DNA from: a virus
Lineage: Duplodnaviria > Heunggongvirae > Uroviricota > Caudoviricetes
DNA: 64,000 nucleotides
Direction: 5' to 3' (one strand)
Virus record (IMG/VR): IMGVR_UViG_3300037418_003161
Location: 44,420 to 108,419 of that record
Part shown: positions 51,932 to 60,684 of the stretch, piece by piece
Layout: each line of letters starts with the position of its first letter
How positions within the stretch are numbered: position 1 is the stretch's first letter
Program-made: the position numbers and the translations under genes
Notes under the pieces: model-generated
Seen by the model: the letters and a program-made list of their open reading frames with translations, nothing else
The model's database searches: none
What the model was told of the DNA's origin: nothing

Positions 51932-54900
51932 TAAATTAAGTTCGAAAAGTTGTAAGTAGTTCCGTCTCCCGACATGGAAGATGAAAATACATTGGTTATG
52001 GTGGTTGCGTTAGGGGTGGCCGGGTCTTCGGTAAACGCAAATGCTATGCTTTTGTTGACTTCCACAATGGTTTTGGGGGCTGTCACCTTTTCTTCTTTTG
52101 GAGTCAGGTATTTTTTCAACATTTCCTTTATCTTCTTTTGTTTGGAACTGCCCAACCCCTCCATCAGAGCCATAAAATTATTAACCACCGTATCGGTAAA
52201 TACCGTAGTGAGGATGTTTACACGCCATGTGGCATCTTCGCTAATGGACGCCACTGCTTGGTTGGTGAGTTTGCCCTGCATGTTGCTGTACAGTGTATTG
52301 AAAGAAGCCAAGTAGGGGGTAAAATAAGAAGCAAGAAGGTTGGTGTTTCCGCTTAGGGTAAACTCCCGAATTTTTTCCTTGGTAAACGTACCATCAATTT
52401 TATTGTTAACGGTATTGACCTTATCAATCAAATTAACCAAGCGTTTTTGTACTTTATACAAACTATCCTCCCCGTTGTTCAAGTCGGTACGAATGGTTGC
52501 TGCCAGTTCCGTTTCAAAATTCAATTTAAAGCTGTCTTCATAATTGGCTTTGAAGGTTGCGTACTGTGCTGTGGTTAGTTGTTTTTTAATGTCGGCAAAT
52601 ACCCCGAAGTTCATATCCCGGATATCCAAGCTAATAGCACTCACCAAATCATCGGGCTGTGTCCCCATGCCTGTTTGGTTGCCCAAGAGGTTAAGGGTTG
52701 TCCCCACAAATGTTCCAGAATAGTACTTGCGGTTGGCTTCAGCCAGTATCATTGAGGCCACGGTCTTTCCCCATTTTTTATAAAGACTGTTGAAATACTC
52801 AGAGGATGTTTTACCATAGTCGTTCAATGCCGTTATGGTATCGTTGACAAGCGCAGTATAGTCCAATACCCCGTAGGTGACGCCACTGGAATTTACATCT
52901 TTAGAAGTGAATTTTCCAATTGGGTCGCCGTAACTATTTTGTTGGGGGTAGCGAATGTCAGATTTTTTGATTGCTCCTGAACTATCCACCAGTTTTTGCA
53001 AAAACTCCTTGTTGAATTTTTCCCTATCTTCGGTTGCCGTTGCCCGATAGTCGTACATTTCGGTGTTGGCAAAGAAATTACTCGACAGGGCGTTTTGCAG
53101 TTCGGCCACTGGCTCTTTAAGTCCTTGTCCCCCGATAAAAGTAAGGCTAACGTTTACCGTAGCAATCATGGGCTGGAAACCGATACCTTCCGGGTTCATA
53201 TCCCATACGTTGTCTTCGTAGTTTACATTCACATCCCGAATGATAACCTTGGAGTGGTAAAAGTCTCCGATACGAAGTACACAAATCGGAGCGGGGCCAA
53301 AGGCTGTATTACGTGCATACGATACGGTCTTTTCTCCATCCACCTGTACAATTGGGATGGTGTCTCCCGGACGTGTGCATTGCTTTAAAAAGGTTAGCCG
53401 GGAATTCAGTCCTTCGGGTGTGGTGGAGTGGAAACCGGGGTGAAAATATTTTAATTTTTCTTTTAGCGAGGCATAGACGTGTGGGGTTTCCTCTTTAACG
53501 GCATCAAAGTAGTACCCTTCGCTGAGCATTTTCATTAAAATGCGTTTGACTTCATCCATAGACGGTACTGCCGGACGTTCTACCGTAAAGGGTTCTTCCA
53601 CCGTTTGCGGTGTTGTGTCAGCGGGGGGTGGAGTGGATATTAAATTTCGAAGGGTAAAGGAGGCATACACCTTTGCGATTCTACAATAAAAATTATTGGG
53701 TATCCAATCAAAAAGTTGGGTGTTGTTTCTTGCTTTTTCCATAAAGGAAGTGGAAGAGCAGTCCTCCCCAACAAAACTGTGATGATTGCTTGGCAGTTCT
53801 AGGGTCTTAAAAATTAGCTCCGTGGTGCGTTCTGTATCTCCATCCCGGTATTTTACCGAAAAGGTGTCTTTTGCTTCGTAGGGAATCCCCAACTTGTTTA
53901 AAATATAGGTCTTCAACGCCTCAATTCGGCCTTTAGATAAGGTCGTGGTTTCATTAGATGATGTTCCAGCATCAATATTGATAAAGGCCCGGTTCCCATC
54001 TTTTAAATTGGTGGCCACGTCATTTATCATCTTGTCAAGGGTTTGGTTATTTAAATCGGCTTGCTGAAAGGCGGCATCCACGTCAGCAAACATTTGGGTG
54101 CGTTCGGCCTGACTCAACCCGGCTGCATCTGCACCCGTATTAAAGGCTGCGGTATAGGCATCCTCGTCTGAAGTAGTGAATATAACAGACGACTCATCGT
54201 TGAAAAAGATGGTGGGTCGGAAGGTAGAATCGGTCAGGGTTCCATTTTGGATGATGGTAGTGGTGGTGGGGGGTGGTATAATCGTCCGGTAGGTCTTGTA
54301 CACATCCGTAGTGGGTTTGTTTCCGTTAAGGTAAGCCAGTATACGTTCAATATCATCTTTGTCTAAGGTTGCGTATTTGCGTACCAAGTCATACAAATCC
54401 ACGTCTTCCGCTCCGGCAAAGAGAGCCGCAACGTAGTTGTTTACTTCTTCATGACCCATACCTTGAAACTTCTTTCTAACCAGTAGGTTCAATACCGAAG
54501 GGTGGTCTACAACAATCTTGAAAGAAAGTGTTCCGCTTCGTTCCGCACCTTGGTAGGTATAAACAGGCTCAACCCTTCCCAAAAAGGCATTGTCGTTCCA
54601 CTTGGCTGAACTGCTGTCGGTAACTTGTAAACCATAGGGAGGAAACCACATCACCCTTCCTCCATTGGGGCCACGCTCACAATAGGGAAGGTCTTCATAG
54701 CGGAAACCATAGCGGTTGGAGGCTTTCCACGCTAGGTTTTCGATTGAAAACATGTATTTTTTAGCATAAAAACCGTCACCTGATTTTTGGATATTGGTAG
54801 ACCCATCATAATTAACCGAACCATTTTGTGGAGCAATATTCAAATTGAACGGTGAATCCAAAATGCTTTCCGTGAACTTGCGGATGTTTCCCTTCTTCTT

Positions 54901-55620
54901 TCGGGTGTCACCAAATTGGGTGTAGGGCCTGTCTTTTGTCCATACCCTTGCATATTCAGCCCCGCTTTCTGTACCGTGGAACTTGTCAACGTATTTAATG
55001 GCCGAACCCTTGCTAATTAATTTTTTTCCATCCCCGAATATTCTTGACGTTTGGTCGATAGCGTTTCCCACATGGTTTTTCCCGGTTGCTCCTCTTGGGG
55101 TAGAATTAAGAATTTGTTGGGTTCGAGCCAGTATACTATCGTCCCTATAGTCAAAGTTAGTAGAGATAGAATTTTCAAAGGTACTGCGGTCTTTGGGGTC
55201 AACCACCTGTTTAATCTTATTGCTTCTCCATGTAAAACCTCCGGTTACATCGCCGGAATTTTCAAAAGAGGACTGCATGTCGGGTTCCCGACCAATGAAT
55301 TCACCATATTTGTAGTGGTAAACAAAAAGCGGATAGATACCACGCCTGTTTAAAACAATGGAAATATCTGGCAGGGTTGGATAGACATAAGGTAGCAGTT
55401 GATTGTAGGCGTTATTAATTTCATTGTTCGCCAAATTATCCAAAGCAGTATCCGCAATCTTTACCGATTCCTTTACTGAATAGTTGGATAAAGACGCAAC
55501 CTGATATCCGCTACCATCAAAATTGATAGGCAGTTCGGTAGCAATCCCATAGGGGCGGCTCAGGTTTCTTCGTAATAAATCGTTGCGTATTGCTGCTGTC
55601 GAGGAAAAATCAAGTGGCAT
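51931..55620 (-). CDS. Tail tube initiator-like baseplate protein (gp48/gp54/gpU-type domain split by an insertion), 1229 aa
   Basis: FPPY..DSSSAKWN..FLGR.EPVYTY..ERSGTLSF and APICVLRIGDF..II..V.V.Y..WD..PMIA.V; lies between the tape measure and LysM genes. Confidence 0.65.
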   Translation of the reverse strand: MPLDFSSTAAIRNDLLRRNLSRPYGIATELPINFDGSGYQVASLSNYSVKESVKIADTALDNLANNEINNAYNQLLPYVYPTLPDISIVLNRRGIYPLFVYHYKYGEFIGREPDMQSSFENSGDVTGGFTWRSNKIKQVVDPKDRSTFENSISTNFDYRDDSILARTQQILNSTPRGATGKNHVGNAIDQTSRIFGDGKKLISKGSAIKYVDKFHGTESGAEYARVWTKDRPYTQFGDTRKKKGNIRKFTESILDSPFNLNIAPQNGSVNYDGSTNIQKSGDGFYAKKYMFSIENLAWKASNRYGFRYEDLPYCERGPNGGRVMWFPPYGLQVTDSSSAKWNDNAFLGRVEPVYTYQGAERSGTLSFKIVVDHPSVLNLLVRKKFQGMGHEEVNNYVAALFAGAEDVDLYDLVRKYATLDKDDIERILAYLNGNKPTTDVYKTYRTIIPPPTTTTIIQNGTLTDSTFRPTIFFNDESSVIFTTSDEDAYTAAFNTGADAAGLSQAERTQMFADVDAAFQQADLNNQTLDKMINDVATNLKDGNRAFINIDAGTSSNETTTLSKGRIEALKTYILNKLGIPYEAKDTFSVKYRDGDTERTTELIFKTLELPSNHHSFVGEDCSSTSFMEKARNNTQLFDWIPNNFYCRIAKVYASFTLRNLISTPPPADTTPQTVEEPFTVERPAVPSMDEVKRILMKMLSEGYYFDAVKEETPHVYASLKEKLKYFHPGFHSTTPEGLNSRLTFLKQCTRPGDTIPIVQVDGEKTVSYARNTAFGPAPICVLRIGDFYHSKVIIRDVNVNYEDNVWDMNPEGIGFQPMIATVNVSLTFIGGQGLKEPVAELQNALSSNFFANTEMYDYRATATEDREKFNKEFLQKLVDSSGAIKKSDIRYPQQNSYGDPIGKFTSKDVNSSGVTYGVLDYTALVNDTITALNDYGKTSSEYFNSLYKKWGKTVASMILAEANRKYYSGTFVGTTLNLLGNQTGMGTQPDDLVSAISLDIRDMNFGVFADIKKQLTTAQYATFKANYEDSFKLNFETELAATIRTDLNNGEDSLYKVQKRLVNLIDKVNTVNNKIDGTFTKEKIREFTLSGNTNLLASYFTPYLASFNTLYSNMQGKLTNQAVASISEDATWRVNILTTVFTDTVVNNFMALMEGLGSSKQKKIKEMLKKYLTPKEEKVTAPKTIVEVNKSIAFAFTEDPATPNATTITNVFSSSMSGDGTTYNFSNLI

Positions 55621-55652
55621 TCCTTGTTAGTTTATACTATAAATACTCACTC

Positions 55653-58600
55653 TTAATAATCGGTATCTTTAAACTTTTGTTTCAATACAGCAATAAATTC
55701 ATTATCCCGCAACAAGTCCCTTACCAAATCATCGTAAAGGGTTTGAGAACTGTGAATATCTACATCCACCTTAACTTCTTTTTTGGCAAGGCTTTCCGAC
55801 TTGGTGGTATTAATTGATTTTTTGGTTTCAGTTGTACTTGCAGTATTGTTCTCTGGTGTTTGGGTTATAAATCTTGTTGTGGGAACAGGTTTGGTCTTGT
55901 CAATAATTTTGGGGGTGACATTAACTTTGGTGGTGGAAGACTTGTTGGGGTCAACAATCGCCTTGACAGGTATTTTGGAGGTGGATTTTTCCACCTTTTG
56001 TTTGGGTTGCGGTTCAACTGGCTTCACCTTGGTTGGTGGTTGCGCTGGCTTGGGTTTTTCAACAGAGGTGGGGGCTTTTTTATCCTTTTCCGCTTTCGCC
56101 ACAACAGGCTTGGTTGTGGATGCAGGGGGGGGTGTGGATTTGGTTTCCTTTACCGCCACAGGTGTCTTTTCCGGCTTGGTCGCAGAAGGTGTAACAACTT
56201 TGGATGTAGGTTTAGCTTGTACCGGAGGTTTTTCAATTGTTTTTTGCGGCTTTTCTTTTTCAATAACCTTGGTTTGTTTCACCGATTCTTTGGTGTTTTG
56301 AATTTTTTGTGGCTGCACTTTTTTGTCTTTTGACGGCTGCGCTACCACAACAGGTTTTTCCTTTTCTGCCTTCTTCTCTGGCAAGGGTTGTGCCTTTATT
56401 GTTTTGTTGGTTGTATTGTGAACATTCTTTTCATTATTGACGTTCTTAACATTCAACACCTCTTTTTTGGTTTCAGCCTTTATTGTTTTGTTGGTTGTAT
56501 TGTGAACATTCTTTTCATTGTTCTTATTTACGGTGTTATGAACATTTTTTTCGGTATTCTTATTTACCGTGTTATGAACATTCTTTTCATTATTTTTATT
56601 CACCGTATTGTGAACATTTTTTTGAGTGACGTTTTTTACATTCGCAGCCTTCACAGTTTTGTTGACCGTATTGTTTAAGGTTTTGTTGGTCACATTGGTA
56701 ACGTTGGTTGCTGTTTTTTGAGGTTCAGCCTTTACGATTTTTTGCGACTTGGGAGCGGCCATAGGTTTTTCAACTGGCTTAGGGGTGATTACCTTTTTTC
56801 CGGGGGTGGCCTTTTGTGTGGGCTTGGCGGGAATCGAAATATTGTTGTTATTCACCACCGTATGTTTTGTGGGCTTGGCTGGAATACTGAGCTTGTCTTC
56901 CCGAATAATTACCTTTTCCTGAGTTATTGGTTTGGCTTGTACCGATTGTGTTTGTTTTGTTGAACGGTTGGGAACAGATATGACATCCTTTTTACTAGGG
57001 ATGCTTATCCCCCGGTTATTTTTGGGGGGTTGTTGTGGGTTTATCGTGACCGTATTGGGCTTATTTTGGTTGGAAGGGATAACGGTAGTGGTCTTGTCTT
57101 TTTTTTCTTTAAGGGCCACAACACCTGTAGCCAAGTCTTTTGCGGCACTTGTAAGCATTGTTCCGGCTTCTCCCAAATGACCAGTTAGGGCTGTTTCTCC
57201 GGCCACCATAATTTTTCCAGAAGTGTCCTTGGCAAGCTTCTTTCTATCCTCATACTCAATATTTCCAAATTTCTTCAGGTCTTGTACAATGGGTAGTCGG
57301 CTTGTGCGTACCCCCACCTGAACCGCAATTGACTTCACCATGTAGTTTAGCTTTTCCAATTCGGTCAATTGGTCGTTGGCTATTTCGGTGGGTTTACGGT
57401 TAGCTTCTCGTTCGTACTTTTCCATTTCCTCACGAAGTTTCTCTGTTCCCTCTTTGTTTAACTTCGTTATATCCAAATAACCATCCTTAAACGCATCACC
57501 AAACTTTTGTCCGATATTATCTGAAAGTCCAATAACCATCTTACCGTCTTTCATTTCGGCCATGTTGGTCAGAAATTCCTTTTCTTTATCGCCCATCCCA
57601 CCCAACATATCTACTTTAGCAGCAATTTGTTGTTTTTGGGCGGCACGAACGGCAAGGTTGGTCAAATCCTGATAAGACATACCCAATGCATCGGCCATGG
57701 CCTTTGCCTTACGCATGTTGACAGCATTGATTTCAAACCGTCCCGATTGTTGGTTGAAGGTAGCAAGGGAGGCAGCAGCACCCGCAAGGGAATCTTGCAA
57801 GCCGTCAATATCGTTGGTGGCCTGATACATCATTTTAAGTGGGTCGGCAAAACTTCCAAACGCCCCGCCAATGGCATTGAGGTTGGCAGCTAATTCAATT
57901 GCACCTTCCGGGTTGAAAACCTTTTCAGCCAAGGCTGTCACCGTGGACATTTCCAAACGCAGCGATTGGGCTTTGGCAACCATTTTTGTGAGTCCTTCCA
58001 CACCATTTTTAAAACCAAACTGGTTGAGCAGGGTAATATGTTGGGTAAGGTTTTGGGTGAACTTTTGAACATTTAAACCAACACTTCTGGCAAAGTTCCC
58101 GGCTTTGTTTAATTCGGATGGAATGGTAGATAGTCCTACCGAAATATCTTCAAAAGCGGCTGCGGATTCCGCAATCATTGAATTGCTGACGCCAAGTGCT
58201 TTTTGAGAGTTAAAGATATCCTCAATAGTATCGGCTGCAAGAATCCGGGCTGTACCTAAACTTTCTGAAGTTCCCTTAACTATTTCTTGGATGTCTTCAA
58301 ACTTTGCCCCCATCAGGACGGTTTGTTGGTAGGCATCCACCAATGTTTCCCGGTATTTGTCTGCCAGTTCTCCGGTAATTCCCAAATCCCGGTTGATGGT
58401 TTGGCGACCCAACGCTTCTGCGGCGATTGCATCCCCCATGGCTTTTGTCATGGTATCGACTCCAATGGTAAGCGCAGCACCAAACATCTTGCCTATCTGC
58501 ATCCCCTTGATGTCTGAACCAAGAGAAGCCACGATACCTTTCAGGTCGATAACCTCCTCCTTCATTGTCCCCATAAAGCCATCAGCAATATTGGACATGG

Positions 58601-58865
58601 CGGCAGAAACCGATGAACCGAAACCATTCACCACCGCAAGAATAGCAGCACCGTACCCCGCAACTGTTTTGGCAGACAAACCCGATTTGGTTAAGTCTTC
58701 CAACGTCTTTTTTGCACCCGTTCCCACCACACTCAAAATCATATTACCAATGTGGGCAACTTGGTCAAGCCCTAAATCGTTTGGAATGCCGGGAGCGGTT
58801 TGGCGCAACCTGTCAAGTACTTTTTGCCAATCACCATTCTTGATGAGTGAAATGATATCGTTCAT
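55653..58865 (-). CDS. Tape measure protein with a long Lys/Thr/Pro-rich C-terminal extension
   Basis: Ala/Gly/Leu-rich helical N-terminal 590 aa (KAMADALGMS..L); lies directly downstream of the chaperone pair. Confidence 0.75.
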   Translation of the reverse strand: MNDIISLIKNGDWQKVLDRLRQTAPGIPNDLGLDQVAHIGNMILSVVGTGAKKTLEDLTKSGLSAKTVAGYGAAILAVVNGFGSSVSAAMSNIADGFMGTMKEEVIDLKGIVASLGSDIKGMQIGKMFGAALTIGVDTMTKAMGDAIAAEALGRQTINRDLGITGELADKYRETLVDAYQQTVLMGAKFEDIQEIVKGTSESLGTARILAADTIEDIFNSQKALGVSNSMIAESAAAFEDISVGLSTIPSELNKAGNFARSVGLNVQKFTQNLTQHITLLNQFGFKNGVEGLTKMVAKAQSLRLEMSTVTALAEKVFNPEGAIELAANLNAIGGAFGSFADPLKMMYQATNDIDGLQDSLAGAAASLATFNQQSGRFEINAVNMRKAKAMADALGMSYQDLTNLAVRAAQKQQIAAKVDMLGGMGDKEKEFLTNMAEMKDGKMVIGLSDNIGQKFGDAFKDGYLDITKLNKEGTEKLREEMEKYEREANRKPTEIANDQLTELEKLNYMVKSIAVQVGVRTSRLPIVQDLKKFGNIEYEDRKKLAKDTSGKIMVAGETALTGHLGEAGTMLTSAAKDLATGVVALKEKKDKTTTVIPSNQNKPNTVTINPQQPPKNNRGISIPSKKDVISVPNRSTKQTQSVQAKPITQEKVIIREDKLSIPAKPTKHTVVNNNNISIPAKPTQKATPGKKVITPKPVEKPMAAPKSQKIVKAEPQKTATNVTNVTNKTLNNTVNKTVKAANVKNVTQKNVHNTVNKNNEKNVHNTVNKNTEKNVHNTVNKNNEKNVHNTTNKTIKAETKKEVLNVKNVNNEKNVHNTTNKTIKAQPLPEKKAEKEKPVVVAQPSKDKKVQPQKIQNTKESVKQTKVIEKEKPQKTIEKPPVQAKPTSKVVTPSATKPEKTPVAVKETKSTPPPASTTKPVVAKAEKDKKAPTSVEKPKPAQPPTKVKPVEPQPKQKVEKSTSKIPVKAIVDPNKSSTTKVNVTPKIIDKTKPVPTTRFITQTPENNTASTTETKKSINTTKSESLAKKEVKVDVDIHSSQTLYDDLVRDLLRDNEFIAVLKQKFKDTDY
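56395..56625 (-). repeat. 36-bp coding repeats (EKNVHNTVNKNN), about 5 copies, in the tape measure gene
   Basis: KNVHNT occurs five times, four of them in tandem. Confidence 0.8.
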
Positions 58866-58887
58866 GCTATATAAATAGTTGGGTTAA

Positions 58888-59043
58888 TTAATCCCACCCA
58901 TCCGACTCGTTCCTTTGTTCCATAAGCATGTCAAAATAATAGTTGCGCTGAAAGGTTGGAATCAGTGATATTTCTGTATAGGTCATAGGGAGATGTTTGG
59001 AGAGAAACAACAACTGGTCGAGTAGGACTTTTTTATATTCCAT
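58888..59043 (-). CDS. Small hub/tail assembly protein (T4 gp51-like or chaperone second half), 51 aa
   Basis: L..HL...Y.EI..IP.FQR.YY...L pattern; lies between the gp26-like gene and the tape measure gene. Confidence 0.65.
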   Translation of the reverse strand: MEYKKVLLDQLLFLSKHLPMTYTEISLIPTFQRNYYFDMLMEQRNESDGWD

Positions 59044-59773
59044 AGAAAGCACGAAAAAACTCCATACCAAACGTCACATTGACATCGACCAACCTCCCGT
59101 TTGGCATTTGAACTTGGTAGTTAAGGTCAAGCCCCGGTCTTTTTTCCCTGATATATTTTCTCAAGAATTGAGAGTCGGCAATCGGTAGGGTTTGGATAAA
59201 ACGATAAATTGACATTTGGTCTCGTTCACCATTGACTTGTTTGATAACCATTTCCAAGGTCTTTGTTACAATTGGTGGCACTTGTTCGTGACCATTGTAT
59301 TCTTTTTGGAAACGTTCCAGTTCTTCTTCTTGTTGGGGGGAGAGGAATTTAAATTTGATTTTGGCTTTGCTTTTGGGTAGTTCCAAATCAAATTCATCAT
59401 TGCTGTCGGCAATTAAATCAAATGGTTTCATTTTGATTTCACTTAAATCCACCTCGGTCTCATAGTCCTTTCCATCATTTTCATCGAAGAGTTTGATTTT
59501 ATAGGTTGTACCAAAGGCGGTATTGCGAAGAAAAATTAAAACCGCTTGCTTGTCTTCTTCCGGCATTAATTTAATGTCAAAATCCTTTTCAACAATTTTG
59601 CGTTTCAGCAGTTCGTCCACGATTTGGTTGTTAGCAATTAAATTGGGAGCAGCCAGAATGTTTTCGTCAGTGGCATTAAGGTAACTTACTTTTAGGGTTT
59701 TTCGTTTGTCGGGGTAAAACAGACCTTGTGAGGGTAGCTCCACGACATCGTACTGAATCATTTCGTCTGACAT
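59033..59773 (-). CDS. Baseplate hub assembly chaperone (T4 gp26-like)
   Basis: VELPSQGLFY..DENIL..LIFLR..FG..LELPKS..IKFKFL..EFF. Confidence 0.78.
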   Translation of the reverse strand: MSDEMIQYDVVELPSQGLFYPDKRKTLKVSYLNATDENILAAPNLIANNQIVDELLKRKIVEKDFDIKLMPEEDKQAVLIFLRNTAFGTTYKIKLFDENDGKDYETEVDLSEIKMKPFDLIADSNDEFDLELPKSKAKIKFKFLSPQQEEELERFQKEYNGHEQVPPIVTKTLEMVIKQVNGERDQMSIYRFIQTLPIADSQFLRKYIREKRPGLDLNYQVQMPNGRLVDVNVTFGMEFFRAFYGI

Positions 59774-59796
59774 AGGGTGTATTTTTTTTCATAACT

Positions 59797-59825
59797 ATCA
59801 TAGTCTGATTTTTTTAAAAAGTAAA
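59797..59825 (-). promoter_or_regulatory. TTTACT-N17-TATGAT promoter-like site
   Basis: Lies between a terminator and the first gene of the tail block. Confidence 0.55.
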
Positions 59826-59832
59826 GGATAAT

Positions 59833-59858
59833 AAAAAACCCCGGAAATTCCGGGGTTT
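59833..59858 (-). terminator. Intrinsic terminator
   Basis: AAACCCCGGA/TCCGGGGTTT stem with a T run on the minus strand. Confidence 0.8.
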
Positions 59859-59884
59859 GTAGTTATGAGTCTATAAGAGCCGAT

Positions 59885-60463
59885 TCAGATTGAATCGTTG
59901 GAATAGTTTCGCCCACCAACCTGAGTGATGATAATTCCCATTTCAGCCAAATGGTCAATCAGGTTGTAAATGTTACCCCGGACAAAAATTCGTCTCCCTT
60001 TTTTAGTAGCAAACTCGTACCGTCCCCATTCACTGAAAACATAGAATTTTTCCCCATTCTTGTCGATAAAGGGGTCAGCAAAATAACGGTCTTGGTATTT
60101 GGTTAGGTATTTATATTCTTCTTCCGTCACAATCAGCCTCCGCTCACTGTCCGTTCCGATAATCTGGCGGGAGGGTAAGGCCCGAAGCAACGCCTTGATT
60201 CCCATGCTTTTTCCCAATTCGGCAAATACCGAACGGACGATGCTGGCAAAATTAGCCGTAGTCAATCCATTATAGTTGTATATGCCCCGGTCACGCTTTT
60301 CCTCCCGACCCCTTGGGAGTTTTTTCCGGGTAGTGCGCTTTTCTTGCACTTCCTTTTTCTTTGTTTCTTTTTCTTCGATTTCTTTTACCAGTTGTCCTTC
60401 CAACTCCTGCAACTGTTTGATATTTTTCCGGGTTGTGGACAAAAGTCTCCGTAGTCTGTTCAT
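59885..60463 (-). CDS. 192-aa basic protein: N-terminal coiled coil and putative DNA-binding C domain
   Basis: RYFADPF..GEKFYVFSEWG..NI..LI..MG. The track ATG at 60496 abuts the -7 box, so 60463 is preferred. Confidence 0.65.
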   Translation of the reverse strand: MNRLRRLLSTTRKNIKQLQELEGQLVKEIEEKETKKKEVQEKRTTRKKLPRGREEKRDRGIYNYNGLTTANFASIVRSVFAELGKSMGIKALLRALPSRQIIGTDSERRLIVTEEEYKYLTKYQDRYFADPFIDKNGEKFYVFSEWGRYEFATKKGRRIFVRGNIYNLIDHLAEMGIIITQVGGRNYSNDSI

Positions 60464-60498
60464 AAACCAAGATTTTAGTGAGAAATTGATTAACATTA

Positions 60499-60530
60499 CA
60501 AAAATAGGCTAAAAGCATTTATAAAACAAA
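60499..60530 (-). promoter_or_regulatory. Bacteroidota-type promoter (TTTG-N20-TATTTTTG)
   Basis: Exact consensus match; divergent from the 60685 gene. Confidence 0.7.
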
Positions 60531-60568
60531 AAAATGCTTTTAACATAAAAAATTTTACAGACTTGTTT

Positions 60569-60640
60569 TAACTTTGTTTCAACGTCAATTTTTGATTTAT
60601 CTTTGTTTTAATTTTTTTTTAAATTCTTTCTCTATCTTTG
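60569..60640 (+). promoter_or_regulatory. Three tandem TAnnTTTG boxes upstream of the initiator-like gene
   Basis: TAACTTTG at 60569, TATCTTTG at 60598 (TTTG 21 nt upstream) and TATCTTTG at 60633. Confidence 0.7.
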
Positions 60641-60684
60641 TTATAGCCTTTTTACCCCTAAAATCCTAATTAAAACAACATCCC

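Noticed and set aside
32525-59773. Bacterial eCIS/T6SS or tailocin locus
   Set aside because: Baseplate genes are interleaved with phage-type replication genes and there are no cellular housekeeping genes, so this is a phage genome.
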